Shown here: in pieces, positions 43,141-54,427 of the stretch
How the letters are laid out: every line of letters starts with the position of its first letter
How positions within the stretch are numbered: position 1 is the first letter of the stretch
Assembly: GCA_977018835.1 (NCBI GenBank)
Contig: OZ361256.1
Coordinates: forward strand, 4,588,001-4,652,000
Direction: 5' to 3'
Length of the DNA stretch: 64,000 nucleotides
From: Minutocellus sp. GHC0000111
Taxonomy: Eukaryota
The notes under the pieces: generated by a model
The model's input: only the letters and a program-made list of their open reading frames with translations
The model's database searches: none
What the model was told of the DNA's origin: nothing
Program-made: the position numbers and the translations under genes

Positions 43141-44422
43141 TATTCATGTAGTGGTAGAAGATTGCTGTTGAAAGAGAAAGCGCATAGCGGTGGGCACTGG
43201 AGTGCAGCTGCAGCTATTACCGGTATTATCGAACGCTCATGGGTAGATCTAGATCTAGCTACGTAGTACTGCTAGATGTTTTGATAAAGTAGGAAGGCAA
43301 TATATAAAATGTTTCATCCCCCACTCAAAACTCAAAACCACTCTGTTTTTCGGAGCTAAATTAATCGAATGATTTAGCAAGCAAGCCCGCCCTTTGGCGC
43401 CAACCGCTGACGCGTACCTAGGCTACTAGGTACGCAGCCATGTTCATTCGCGGCAAATCCAAACGACCTCCTCACATCCGTCCTTGACGTGGTACCGGCA
43501 CACTGGCTGGCCAGCAAGCACTGGGGGGTACGGGATGATGTTCGGGCAGTGATTGGCATAAATGTTCAAGAGGGACTTTTTCGTTTTGACACGTCAAAAT
43601 GAAAGATAAAGTATAACACTTATGCCTAATTTCTGTACAGAATCCCATAGTAATTTTGCGAGCAAGCCTTGCCGTCCACCCAAAAACTCCTTCGGTACAA
43701 AAATACGTCATTGTCAACTCCCAAAAAATATGGTCTGTTCATCCGTCCGTCCGTCCCCGCAACGATTCTCGCCGTTTTTCATCTTCGCTCAATTGTTGAA
43801 GACGGGGAGAGTTGTCATGACGTGTCTCTTGCTCTCGTCTCTGCCCTCTAGCTCCCACCGCATGCTACATCAATGGCACAGCGCCGTGGGCTACATCATT
43901 CGTTGCGGCCGACAACAATCAAGAAATAGCTTTCGTGGCAGCTTTCGATAAGCCACCCTGCGCTTCTCCTTCCGACGGATGTCTCGCATCGTTTTCATTT
44001 TCTCGGTTGCTCCCCAATGCCCCAATGCCGACACTTGTTGCGTTGTTTCGACGCGGTTGCTTGAGTGAATCCCTTCGGCTCATTCAAATAATGGTCGCGC
44101 CTTGACCTACGAACGCATCGTTTCTTCGACACGTGCCGCCAATGCAGATGCAATCACCGGCAGGCTGTTTCATCGAGTTGCTTCGAGTCGCTAGCGCTTT
44201 CCTTTTGCTTGTTTGTTTTCGGCAGGAGGAACCCGCGAAGCGGCGAGAAATCCGTCATATTTTCATCGGGTCCGCATGTTTTTGCCGAAATATCCTTTGG
44301 CTCAGCCATCTGAACGTTGGGCCAGTGGCCGTCATCGTCGTGTGCTGAAGCCTGCCTCTGGCCGACCGACAAGTGTATGTGAATCAAATTTGGAGGATTT
44401 GGATGTCTTGGTCGTGCATATC

Positions 44423-44745
44423 TTGGGACTCAGACCATAACAGGACACATGCTCTTCGGCGCCGCGTAGCGGAGAGAAAGTTGCGATATGGTGTAGCTAG
44501 TTGTAACTTTTTTCTGGTTTTGGATGAACTACGGATGGAGAGGAGTGGCTGTATTGTTGGCAAAAATCTTTTTGTATCGACTTGTGATTTTATACTCATT
44601 TATTGGGACTCGGGGCATCGCAGGATACATACTCTTCGGCGTCGCGCAGCGAAGAAAATTTAGCAACATGGTAAAGCCAGTTTTCATTTTTATTTGGGTT
44701 TTGGATCGACTATGTGTATGCATGGATGGAGAGGAAGTGTGCTGG
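44423..44745. repeat. Two diverged 180-bp tandem units
   Basis: ttgggactc..caggaYacat.ctcttcggcg.cgcg.agcg..ggttttggat..ggatggagagga at 44423 and 44603. Confidence 0.8.
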
Positions 44746-45309
44746 TACCGGTATTTTTGGGTCAAACTGTTAGCAATGAAACAATATATCGCTGTGGGCC
44801 TCAAGAACATTGCTTTTCGTTCGGATACCGCATAATTGATAGCTTGTGCTTTCATTGAGAGGATTTTGCATTTATGGCATGAACGGGGAGTGAAATGGTC
44901 GTATGTGTATGTGCTCTACATACATGTAAGGTGCGCTGAGACAAAATTATTTTTCCGTGTTCTTCCATGATGATCCACACGGTAATATATGTGTAGAAAT
45001 AAAATAAAGTAATGCAAATATGAGGTAGCACAACTCATTGCTATGTGTATTCTCGCGATTTCTGTGCTGGTTTTGTGTTCATGTATGTATGAGGATTCCT
45101 GTAGCAAGAGCGGCGGCAACCATGGTGGAGAGATAAAATGGAATTCGCAATGTGTGCATCGTGGGACTTTTGAGTGTTTCACGCTTTCTTTTCTTCCAAA
45201 ATTGTGACGCGACTGTTCGACAACCCCCCTCCTTCCCCCCATGTGACGTCAAATCACTCCCCCCCTCCCCCCAAACCCAAGCTTTCTAACGCGATATATA
45301 TCACCAGCC

Positions 45310-48199
45310 ATGACCTCCGCCAAAAAGGGATACAGCGCGGCGCTGGCCATCCCATGTCTACCGGCATCTCATCCCACGGCGCCATCGCCGCCCTCCATGG
45401 CCCTGCCGCTCCATCCTCATCAGCAGCGCGCCCTCCACCGCTGCCTCCTCATCGAGCAGGACGGTTCTCTCAGCACGGGCTTCAATGCTCTTCCAGGCAA
45501 GTTTGCCGAATACACCTCCCGTGGTGGCGTCCTGGCCGATGCCGTCGGCACCGGGAAGACGGCCACGATCATTGCCTTGGTGCTGGCCAGCAAGGGTGCC
45601 GGCGCGACGCTGGTCGTTGCGCCCAGCCACCTCATCCCTCAGTGGAAGGCCGAGGTGGCCAAGTTCGCACCGTGCATCGAAGTTTGCGTCGTGGAGGCCG
45701 AGCATCTGGCCGCCGGTCCCGTCCTGCCCAAGAAGAGGCGCATCGTCCTGGTGCCCATTGGTGATGTCCTGTCGTCGGACAAGGTGAGATATGAATGAAT
45801 TATGTATGTGCTGCTTTTATGTGCATATGCACAAATGCATGAAGATTATTTATTTACTGTACCATCTTCACTCACATAATTCACATATATATATTTTAAT
45901 GCACCCTCCATCACTTTACTCTCAGGTCTGGTACGATGCATTCCGGCGCGTCTACAAACCATCGTTGGACGGCAGCGCTCCTGCGTACCAAATCACCAAG
46001 ACTTTGTCGCGCGATCAGATTCAAAAGTATCGCGATCAGGCACGCTTCTGCGTCCAAAGTCCCCGTGGTCCGTGCTCCTTCGACGGATGGGTATACACGT
46101 CCAAGCTGCACATGCCGGAGCATCCTCAGCAACCCTTCCGTCGGCTGGTGTTGGATGAGATTCAAGATCTGATCGAGGATGGTACCGAGGCGCAGAAGAA
46201 TTTGGTCCAGTTGAGTCGGCAGTGTGGCAACGTGTGGCTCATGTCGGCCACTCCCTTTCCACATGGCAACCGTTCCGTCAAGGCCAACCACGAGCTTCTT
46301 GGATTCAAACGGTTAAAGCTGGACGTGGAAGGTGCCGGTCGGCTGGGTGCGTGGCATCCCTTTGAGAAGATCAAGGCCAAGCTCTACGTGAGATCGCCTC
46401 AGAGTGTAGCGGATGAGGCTGTCGAAGCGACGGCATCTGTTACCAAACAGACGATGAGTATTGATCCTCGTCCGGTGGAAAAGACGTTCTATAATATCGC
46501 TTATGGGAAGGCCACGCAGCTCGCTACGAATCCTCGGAACGGAGAATGGGATCAGAGCTATTACAGTTGTCGTCAAATGACTGTCCATCCCGAGGCATCG
46601 GCAGACCTTCGGCAGCAGCTTGCATCGAATCGCAACAGCACGTCGTCGGCCTTTGGATCGTCGTCGTCTTCATCGTCGGTGAATCGCGTTGGAAGATATG
46701 CCTCGGTGGACAGCTTTGCCCGGCAATCTCTCAATGCAGCAAGATCTCGTCTTCGCGAGCTGCAATCGTCCACATGCATTCCTCGTCAGCTCGAGGAGGT
46801 AAAGTACACCTCCAAGTCGCTTCAGCTCGCCGAGAAGGTCAAGACGCATCGTGCCAGTGCACCTCGAGCGGCCAATCCCTTTGCTGCCACGGGCAATGCC
46901 GATGCGTCGGACTCTGCAGCGATGGAGCGAGAGGCAGAGATGATTCACGATTATTTCTGCACATGTTGTAGATCTGAAGGTCCCTATATCTGTTCTCGGG
47001 CTGATCGCAATGCAGTCATTAGGCTTATTCGGGAGCGCAACAACTTTGGCCATGCCATCGGTCCAGAATTTATCCGGGGAGATTGCAATGCGGTCATTGA
47101 GCATTTTGCTACGGGATACTGTCGGGCTGGTGCCACCATGGACGACGATGTAGGCAGGAGTCTCGACGCGTTGGATCACTACATCTCCGTTACGAGACGT
47201 ACTTTGGATGCCAAGAAGAAGGCATTGGAGGACATGGAGAAGGAAGCTGCCGATCTTGAGGTCCAGATCGAGGCGCTTGCCAAGAGTACCGCCGAAAGTC
47301 GGGAAGCCAGAGCCAAGGCCAGAGGCAACGATAACGTTGCCGCCGCTCACGGTTCCAAGTCTGCCGCCCTCATCCAATACTTTGAGGAGCATGATGTCAA
47401 GGATCGTCACATCGTTTTCTCCATGTGGCACGATACTCTTCGCCTGGTGCAGCTGACCCTGCAGAGGAACGGAATCGACTGTGTATTTTGTCACGGATCC
47501 AATGATAGCATGCAATCTGCCATCGACAAGTTCACATCCGGTAAGGTCAACGTGATTCTCCTCTCGGCTCGAGCCAAGGCTTCGGGCGCCAATCTGCAGG
47601 CGGCATCACATGTTATCTTTCTCGACCCTCCCGGCGAGCATGCCGATCACGGTGCAACCCTCGAGCGCCAAGCAGTTGGCCGAGCTGTTCGTATCGGCCA
47701 AAAGAAGCCCGTCACTGTCACTCGATTCTGTGTAGAGGGTACCCTCGAGTCAAAACTATGGGGTGAGATTGACGCTGCTTCTCGGAGAATTTCAAAGAGG
47801 GACGACGACCAGTCCTATACCATCACTGAAGGTAAGGACCAGACCTTGGCTCGTCAGGTTACAATTGAGACTGCCGATGACATCCAGGCTCATGAAGCGG
47901 AAGAGGAGGACGATGGCATTGAGATGGGAGAAACTACTACCGAGGAGGACAGGATCAAACAACGCATGGAAGAGGCGCGTAAAAATGGAACGGAAATCAA
48001 TCTAACGCTTGCCGATGATGGAGATGACGATAACGAAGAGACCGATGAGTCCACCTCTCCACCAAGTAAGCGAGCCAAAACGTCCCATGTGACCCCGAAG
48101 GTCAAGTCAGAGGGAGCAGCGCGTGTTTCTCCGGATGGTCCGGGTCAACAGCAGGACGCTCGCTCCGCCCAAGAACCCGAAATTATTGTTATTGAGTAA
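45310..48199 (+). CDS. SNF2-family (RAD5/16-like) helicase without RING; intron 45784-45925
   Basis: 'LHPHQQRAL', 'GGVLADAVGTGKT', 'TLVVAPSHLIPQW', 'RLVLDEIQ', 'LMSATP', 'GANLQAASHVIFLDP', 'ERQAVGRAVRIGQ'. Confidence 0.9.
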
Positions 48200-48349
48200 G
48201 ATTCAAGATGTAAATCCAAGTTCTCTATTTGACATAACATCTTTAAATACTAATTCAGTCGCGTGTTGTTCTTAATCAGATCGACCAAATGTTTGCCGAT
48301 CCATAGCTGAATGCAGTATTGGTCAGTGCAAGGCGCACAAATAGATAAA

Positions 48350-49720
48350 TTAGCGCTCGGTGCCGAGAGCATCGTCCATGGTGCGAGGTCGGGTCCAGGT
48401 CTTGGCAGCGAGAGCGGCGGCAACGCGGCCTCGGCCACCGAAGCGACCTCCTCTACCCCTGCCTCTTCCTCTGCCCCTACCACCGAAGCGTCCACCTCCA
48501 AAGGAAGCGGCGACGAGAGGGCTCTCAGAAACAGCGGCCGCCTCGGCGGTATCCTGATCGGCACCACCGGCGCCGGCGTCACCACTGGCGTCGTAGTCGT
48601 ACCCACCACGGCCTCGTCCGCCGAAGCGGCCCCGACCACCGCGTCCACGGCCTCCACGACCTCCGCGTCCTCCTCTGTAGAAGCCACGACCACCATAGCC
48701 TCTGCCGCCGCCCCCTTCATTCCAGTCTTCGTTGTTGTTGTAGTCTTCGTCGGCGTCTCCGTTATCGTTGCCGTTGTTGGCATTATCATCCTCATACCGA
48801 CGCCTCTTGGTCTCTCGTTCGTCATTCCCGCCGCGTCCTCCACGTCCACCTCTGCCACCGCCGCGGCCCCTCCCTCCCCTGCCACCTCGTCCTCCACCGC
48901 GGGAGTTGTAGTTGTAGTCATAGTTGCCATCGTCGCCATCCTCCTCCTCGTAATCGTCACGGGAGCGGCGCTGACCACCTCCTCTGCCGCGACCTCCCCG
49001 CCCCGCCAGACGGTTGAAGGCATCGCGCGAGGCCGACCTACCTCCACCGCGATCGTTGCGATCGCCCCTTCCACCTCGGCCGCCGCCGCCGCGCCGATCC
49101 CTAACACCGTTACCCTTGGCCTTATTATTGCTACCAACGCCACGGTCACTACCACCACGGTCGTTGTTGTTCCTGCCACCCTTTCGTTCCGTCTTCTCCC
49201 CGGCCCGGGACGAACCCAGCGCACCCGACATGGTGAGGGCGTTGCCCTTATCCTTGTCCTCATCGCCAGGACGGGACGAGCCGAGGGCACCGGACATGGT
49301 GAGGGCGTTGCCACCCTTGCTCTTGAGGCTGATCATCTTCTTCTTGGCATCGCCGCCCTTCTTGCTGTCATCGCCGTCATCTGCTCCAGCAGCAGCCGCC
49401 GCGGCCGGATCGGCAGCCTCCTCCCCGCGCAAATACCGCGCCAGCTCGGCCAGAACGCGCCGTCCGGCCTCCGCGTCGCACACCTCGAGCTCCATCCCGA
49501 CCATCTCGTCGACGATGTGTCCCAGCTCCTTGCCGTTGGTCAGCATGGCCAGGGCGTAGTCGAGAAGGTCGGTGGCATCGTCCTGCTGGGAGGTGGTGGG
49601 GTTGGAAGGGAGGGTGAGGTGAGGGAGCAGACGGCTGCGAAGGGAGGCGGTTTCGTCGTCGGACAGCTTGGTTTGGAGGGTGAGCGTTTGGGAGGAATCG
49701 TCGCCGTTGGAAGAAGACAT
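48350..49720 (-). CDS. Nab2/PWI-like N-terminal domain plus RGG-rich RNA-binding protein
   Basis: 'DDATDLLDYALAMLTNGKELGHIVDEM' PWI-like helix bundle; extensive RGG boxes; ATG at 49720. Confidence 0.75.
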   Translation of the reverse strand: MSSSNGDDSSQTLTLQTKLSDDETASLRSRLLPHLTLPSNPTTSQQDDATDLLDYALAMLTNGKELGHIVDEMVGMELEVCDAEAGRRVLAELARYLRGEEAADPAAAAAAGADDGDDSKKGGDAKKKMISLKSKGGNALTMSGALGSSRPGDEDKDKGNALTMSGALGSSRAGEKTERKGGRNNNDRGGSDRGVGSNNKAKGNGVRDRRGGGGRGGRGDRNDRGGGRSASRDAFNRLAGRGGRGRGGGQRRSRDDYEEEDGDDGNYDYNYNSRGGGRGGRGGRGRGGGRGGRGGRGGNDERETKRRRYEDDNANNGNDNGDADEDYNNNEDWNEGGGGRGYGGRGFYRGGRGGRGGRGRGGRGRFGGRGRGGYDYDASGDAGAGGADQDTAEAAAVSESPLVAASFGGGRFGGRGRGRGRGRGGRFGGRGRVAAALAAKTWTRPRTMDDALGTER

Positions 49721-50482
49721 GGTGATGGTATTTTTTTTCTGAAGCAAATATATCAACAAATAACGGAGAGTAAGACTGGAACAGTGGTCAGGTAGGTGGT
49801 ATCTATCTATGATGGAGCGGTTCCCTTGGACGGTGCGGTTGGGATGGGATTGGCTGAGGGGTACGTATGTGCCACTTTTGGGGGAGTCAAAAAGATACGG
49901 CCAACAATATAAAATAAAATACACCGACAAAAAGAGGTGGTCAGAAGATACGTCGAAGGGTGATGGCAGCGTCGGTCCAGTTGATTGATCTCTGTCTGAT
50001 AATGCCCTTGGATGGTGGCACACGCACGAGCGGCCGAGGAGAAATGCCGATGTCGACGAGCGAGAGCCGCAGTAGCCGCGTCGTGGTTGAAATGACTGAT
50101 GAGGGACAGACCAATAAATGACGTCGATTTTGCGTGGAAAGAAATCAAATCAATCCGAACAGCGGACAAGCAACCGCCAAACGAAAACGCAGGTGAAAGC
50201 ACCATGCCATGACCGAGCGTCTTGCGAGGTACCGCCAAAGGACCTCCACGTTGACTGCTGCTGCGCGCTATTTGCCATACTCACGTGACCGACGCTTCAA
50301 GAGATTTATGTGAGCACCTAGCTACGTAGACTAGAGTATCTGAATTGGCGTGAAAATAAAAATCTGCCTTGCTGTCGCAACACATCGTCGGTCGTCGCGG
50401 TTTGGTGTCATTCTTGAAGTTGCGCGTGCAAGAACAATTGCCCGTTCTCACTTCTTGAAGCAATACCCAAAACAGTCAAACC

Positions 50483-53400
50483 ATGTCATCCCCGGCAGCA
50501 ATACCGGGCTCGGACAGCGGCAATGCTGGAAATGCCAAGGCCGACCAAACGTCCAACCGCGTTTACATCAAGTCCGACGAGCATGGCTGGTTGCCCGCCA
50601 CGCTGGTTTCTCACGATGATGCCAACGGCGGCAGCGGCGGCACCGCCACGGTATCGGTCCGCAATTACGCCGACCAGAATCAGATTCAGTCCGATGGGGA
50701 CAAGCACGGACCTCATGCCACAAGTGTGCAGGAAATGACAGTCAACCTATCTGATTACGACGGATGCGTCTTGCCCCTCCAGAACGTCGATGAGGACGGA
50801 ACCCTCCGCGAAGTCGCTGACATGGTCGACTTGCCCTTTCTGCACGAGGCGGCCATTCTGTACAATCTCAAGGCCCGTCACGTTGCCTCGACTCCCTACA
50901 CTCGCACCGGTGATATTGTCATTGCCGTCAACCCGTACCAATGGATCGACGGACTGTACTCCGAGGAACGCATGGCGCACTACGCCGACAAACTGGTGTG
51001 GGATGTCCCATCCGGGGACGTCGATGCCAAGTCGCTGGTGGAACCGCACGTATACGAAACCAGCAGTCTGGCTTATCACGATATGTGCGTCCATGGGCTC
51101 GATCAGAGCATTCTGGTCAGTGGTGAGAGTGGTGCCGGTAAGACCGAGACGGTCAAGATTCTCATGAATCAGCTCGCAAGCTTCCAGACGTCGGGCCATG
51201 TTGACGCCGGCTTTCATTCCGATGATGAGGACGGCGAAGAAGGTGGTGGAGCTTCTGGCAAAAAGTTGAATCGAAAGCAGACTTCGTTCCGGACGTTGCC
51301 TATTGTGGATCGTGTGTTGGATTCCAACCCTTTGCTCGAGGCCTTTGGCAATGCCAAGACGGTCCGCAATGACAACTCGTCGCGCTTTGGCAAGTTCATT
51401 CAGCTGCAATTTGATGCCGAAGATCCGACCCACGCTGCCTATGCTGGCAAGGCGGTACCGTCGGCCGTCTTGGCAGGTAGCCGATGCGAGGTGTACTTGC
51501 TGGAAAAGATTCGCGTAGTAAGCCACGAGGAAGAGGAGCGAACATATCACATCTTCTACCAGCTTTTGGCAGCTCCCGATGAAGAAAAGGCAGAGATCTG
51601 GGATGGACTGGTGGGGACTGACAACGACTCTTTTGCCTACGTCGGCCATACCGACACTCAGGTCATTGAGGGCAGCACTGATGCCCAGCGGTGGCAGGAG
51701 ACGGTCGAGGCGTTGGCCATCGTGGGAGTCAAGGATGATAAGCTCCGCAATCTCATGCGATCAATCTGCATGGTGCTTCAGCTTGGCAATCTGACCTTTG
51801 ATGTTTGTCCTGAAAACGAGGAGAGTTCCATCATTACGAGCGATGAAGAGCTGGTCAAGTTAGCGAGTTTGATGGGTGTGGAAACGGACGATGTCAAGAA
51901 GGCTCTGCTCCAGCGAACGGTCGAGGCTCGGAATGAAAAGTTCACCGTCCCGCTAGACGTCGTCAAGGCTCGGGATTCGACCAATGCATTTGCGAAGGAA
52001 ATCTACTCTCAAACCTTTGACTGGCTCGTCAGCACCATCAACGATGCAACTTGCGCCGAGAAAAATTACGACCGCACTCTCACCCCAAAAGAAATCAGCC
52101 ACATCGGCCTCCTCGATATCTTTGGATTTGAATCGTTTGTGGTCAACAGATTTGAGCAGCTCTGTATCAATTATGCGAATGAGAAGCTGCAGCAAAAGTT
52201 TACTCTCGATATCTTCCGGTCGGTCCAAGAAGAATACGAGTATGAGGGCATTGAAGTGGGCGAGATTGAGTATCCGGATAACACAGCCGTGCTGGAGCTT
52301 ATTGAAGGTCGCATGGGACTCATCAACGTGCTTAATGAGGAATGCATCCGTCCCAAGGGTTCAGACTCGGCCTTTGTCAACAAGGTCTACTCCGTCAATG
52401 GAGATTCCGATGTCTTGGTCAAGGATAACTTTTTCCGCGACTATCAGTTTGGCATCAAGCACTACGCCGGCCAGGTAGACTACGATGCGACCAACTTTGT
52501 CTCAAAGAATACTGACGCCCTACCCGTGGATCTCGCAGAGTGCTCCAAGAAATGTACCAACGACCTTGTGAAGGCCCTGGGCGAGTCGAAGGCTGCGGGT
52601 AAAAGCGCCAAGGCGAATGCTTCAGCTCGGGGGCGAAAGAGTGGTGGCCTCGCAGCAAACACTGTGTGGTCAAAGTTCCGCAATCAGCTCGGTGATCTCA
52701 TGAAGAACATCGGCGAGACGCGAACCCGATACATTCGATGCATTAAGCCCAACACACAAAAGAAGCCAAAGGTGATGGAGCATCTATCGACCGTCGATCA
52801 GCTTCGATGTGCCGGTGTCGTTGCGGCCGTTACCATTTCACGCTCGGCATTCCCCAATCGTTTGGAGCATGAGGAGGTTCTGAATCGCTTCTCGGCGTTG
52901 CTAAGGGGATTCAAGCCTGAAGCTATTGACAACGGAGAGGGTGGGCTAACATATCAGCCAGAGGTCAGCCGACTCTTGATAGATCTACTGCCGACTCCAA
53001 CCAATGATGATGGTTCTCTGGGCAAGGCACCATTCGTGGCGGGTAAGACGCGGACCTACTTTAGAGCCGGTTCTTTGGAACATCTGGAAAATGAAAGAGT
53101 CAAGGCGTTCGGAATGTACGCCACAGTCATTCAGGCACAGATCCGAGGTTATCAGTCTCGTTCAATGTATGCCGAGTGGAAGTTATCATCCATCAAGGTA
53201 CAGGCGCGATTCCGTGCCCATGCGGCTCAGCGGCGATACAACAATGCGCGTTTAGCGTGTATTACGTTGCAATGCTGGAGAAGGCAGGTCGAAGCTCGAG
53301 CGGAATTGAAGAAACTGAGAGAGAATTATCGCGCGACAATGATTCAGACTCACTGGAGAATGGCAGTCGCAACGGCCTCGCTGAAGAGAAGCCGAGAGGC

Positions 53401-54289
53401 TAGTATCAAGATCCAGGCTCAAATGCGTGGAGCTATCCAGCGCCCAATCTACCGCAAGGAGCTCGCCGAGGCCATTGAGGAGGCGAAGCTTGAGAACCAG
53501 CTCAAATCCTTGCAGCGAAAGCTGGAAGAGTCCGAAGCCAAGCGTATCGATGCCGAGAAGAAGGCCGCCGAAGCTGCCTCGGAAAGTGCCAGCACCAAGG
53601 AGAAGGAGGTCATTGTCTACCGAGACCGGCCGCAAGAAGCAGCTCCTGCTGCTCCTGAGCCAGCAAAGGCCGTTGAGGCCGAGGCACCTCCACCACAACC
53701 TGGTCAGCTCACAGAACAGCAGCAAATCCTTATGGACGAAAGCGGTAAGATGCTTGAGTATTTACGCAAGGAAGTGTTCAAGCTCCGTGGTCAGAACGCT
53801 CAGCTTCGAGCAGACTTTGATCTATTGAAAGAGAACAACCAGCGGCTGATGGATGCAAATGCCTCCGCTGGTGCATCATTTGCTGCCCTGAACCAGCATG
53901 CCAAGCAGCTCAACAAGACCAATACTAAGCTGATGACGGAGCTCGATAAATACAAGAAGGCTGCGCACAAACTCAATCTTGCTCAGGTTGAAGCGAAGGA
54001 AGAGCTACAGATGAAAAATGCATCGTATGTGGCTGAGGTCCAGTCGCGCCTGCAATACCAAAAGGCGATGAATGGCATCATCAACATGGTCCAAGAGAGA
54101 TGCAGAGATGTTCGTCTGGTTGAAGATATTCTGGCGCTGTATGATGACTGTGAGGCGGCGGCAGGTGTTGATGGCGAAATGGCAGGCCACCACGCCTCTC
54201 CGGCCCGTCATGCACCATCAACTCCAGACTCTGCCACGAATAAGGGCACAGCTGGGAGGTTCAAATCATTCTTTGGGGGTGGCTATTAA
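50483..54289 (+). CDS. Myosin heavy chain (stramenopile/diatom type): motor, ~5 IQ motifs, coiled-coil tail
   Basis: P-loop 'SGESGAGKTET', 'LEAFGNAKTVRNDNSSRFGKF', 'LLDIFGFE', 'YIRCIKPN', 'QLRCAGV', IQxxxRGxxxR repeats; intronless, 1268 aa. Confidence 0.97.
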   Translation: MSSPAAIPGSDSGNAGNAKADQTSNRVYIKSDEHGWLPATLVSHDDANGGSGGTATVSVRNYADQNQIQSDGDKHGPHATSVQEMTVNLSDYDGCVLPLQNVDEDGTLREVADMVDLPFLHEAAILYNLKARHVASTPYTRTGDIVIAVNPYQWIDGLYSEERMAHYADKLVWDVPSGDVDAKSLVEPHVYETSSLAYHDMCVHGLDQSILVSGESGAGKTETVKILMNQLASFQTSGHVDAGFHSDDEDGEEGGGASGKKLNRKQTSFRTLPIVDRVLDSNPLLEAFGNAKTVRNDNSSRFGKFIQLQFDAEDPTHAAYAGKAVPSAVLAGSRCEVYLLEKIRVVSHEEEERTYHIFYQLLAAPDEEKAEIWDGLVGTDNDSFAYVGHTDTQVIEGSTDAQRWQETVEALAIVGVKDDKLRNLMRSICMVLQLGNLTFDVCPENEESSIITSDEELVKLASLMGVETDDVKKALLQRTVEARNEKFTVPLDVVKARDSTNAFAKEIYSQTFDWLVSTINDATCAEKNYDRTLTPKEISHIGLLDIFGFESFVVNRFEQLCINYANEKLQQKFTLDIFRSVQEEYEYEGIEVGEIEYPDNTAVLELIEGRMGLINVLNEECIRPKGSDSAFVNKVYSVNGDSDVLVKDNFFRDYQFGIKHYAGQVDYDATNFVSKNTDALPVDLAECSKKCTNDLVKALGESKAAGKSAKANASARGRKSGGLAANTVWSKFRNQLGDLMKNIGETRTRYIRCIKPNTQKKPKVMEHLSTVDQLRCAGVVAAVTISRSAFPNRLEHEEVLNRFSALLRGFKPEAIDNGEGGLTYQPEVSRLLIDLLPTPTNDDGSLGKAPFVAGKTRTYFRAGSLEHLENERVKAFGMYATVIQAQIRGYQSRSMYAEWKLSSIKVQARFRAHAAQRRYNNARLACITLQCWRRQVEARAELKKLRENYRATMIQTHWRMAVATASLKRSREASIKIQAQMRGAIQRPIYRKELAEAIEEAKLENQLKSLQRKLEESEAKRIDAEKKAAEAASESASTKEKEVIVYRDRPQEAAPAAPEPAKAVEAEAPPPQPGQLTEQQQILMDESGKMLEYLRKEVFKLRGQNAQLRADFDLLKENNQRLMDANASAGASFAALNQHAKQLNKTNTKLMTELDKYKKAAHKLNLAQVEAKEELQMKNASYVAEVQSRLQYQKAMNGIINMVQERCRDVRLVEDILALYDDCEAAAGVDGEMAGHHASPARHAPSTPDSATNKGTAGRFKSFFGGGY

Positions 54290-54427
54290 ATTTTTTTCTA
54301 TGCGATGTTGTATGTCACTACAGCTGTACATGAATATGTTGTTAGAATCGCATGACATTAGATTTTTCTCTCTGCTTCTCTAGATCTTCTAATAGGATTA
54401 CGTAGCAGAATCTAGAATTCTGCTCTA

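Noticed and set aside
43322..45176. CACTCAAAA...TTTTGAGTG as CACTA-like TIRs
   Set aside because: Only a 9-bp match and no target-site duplication.
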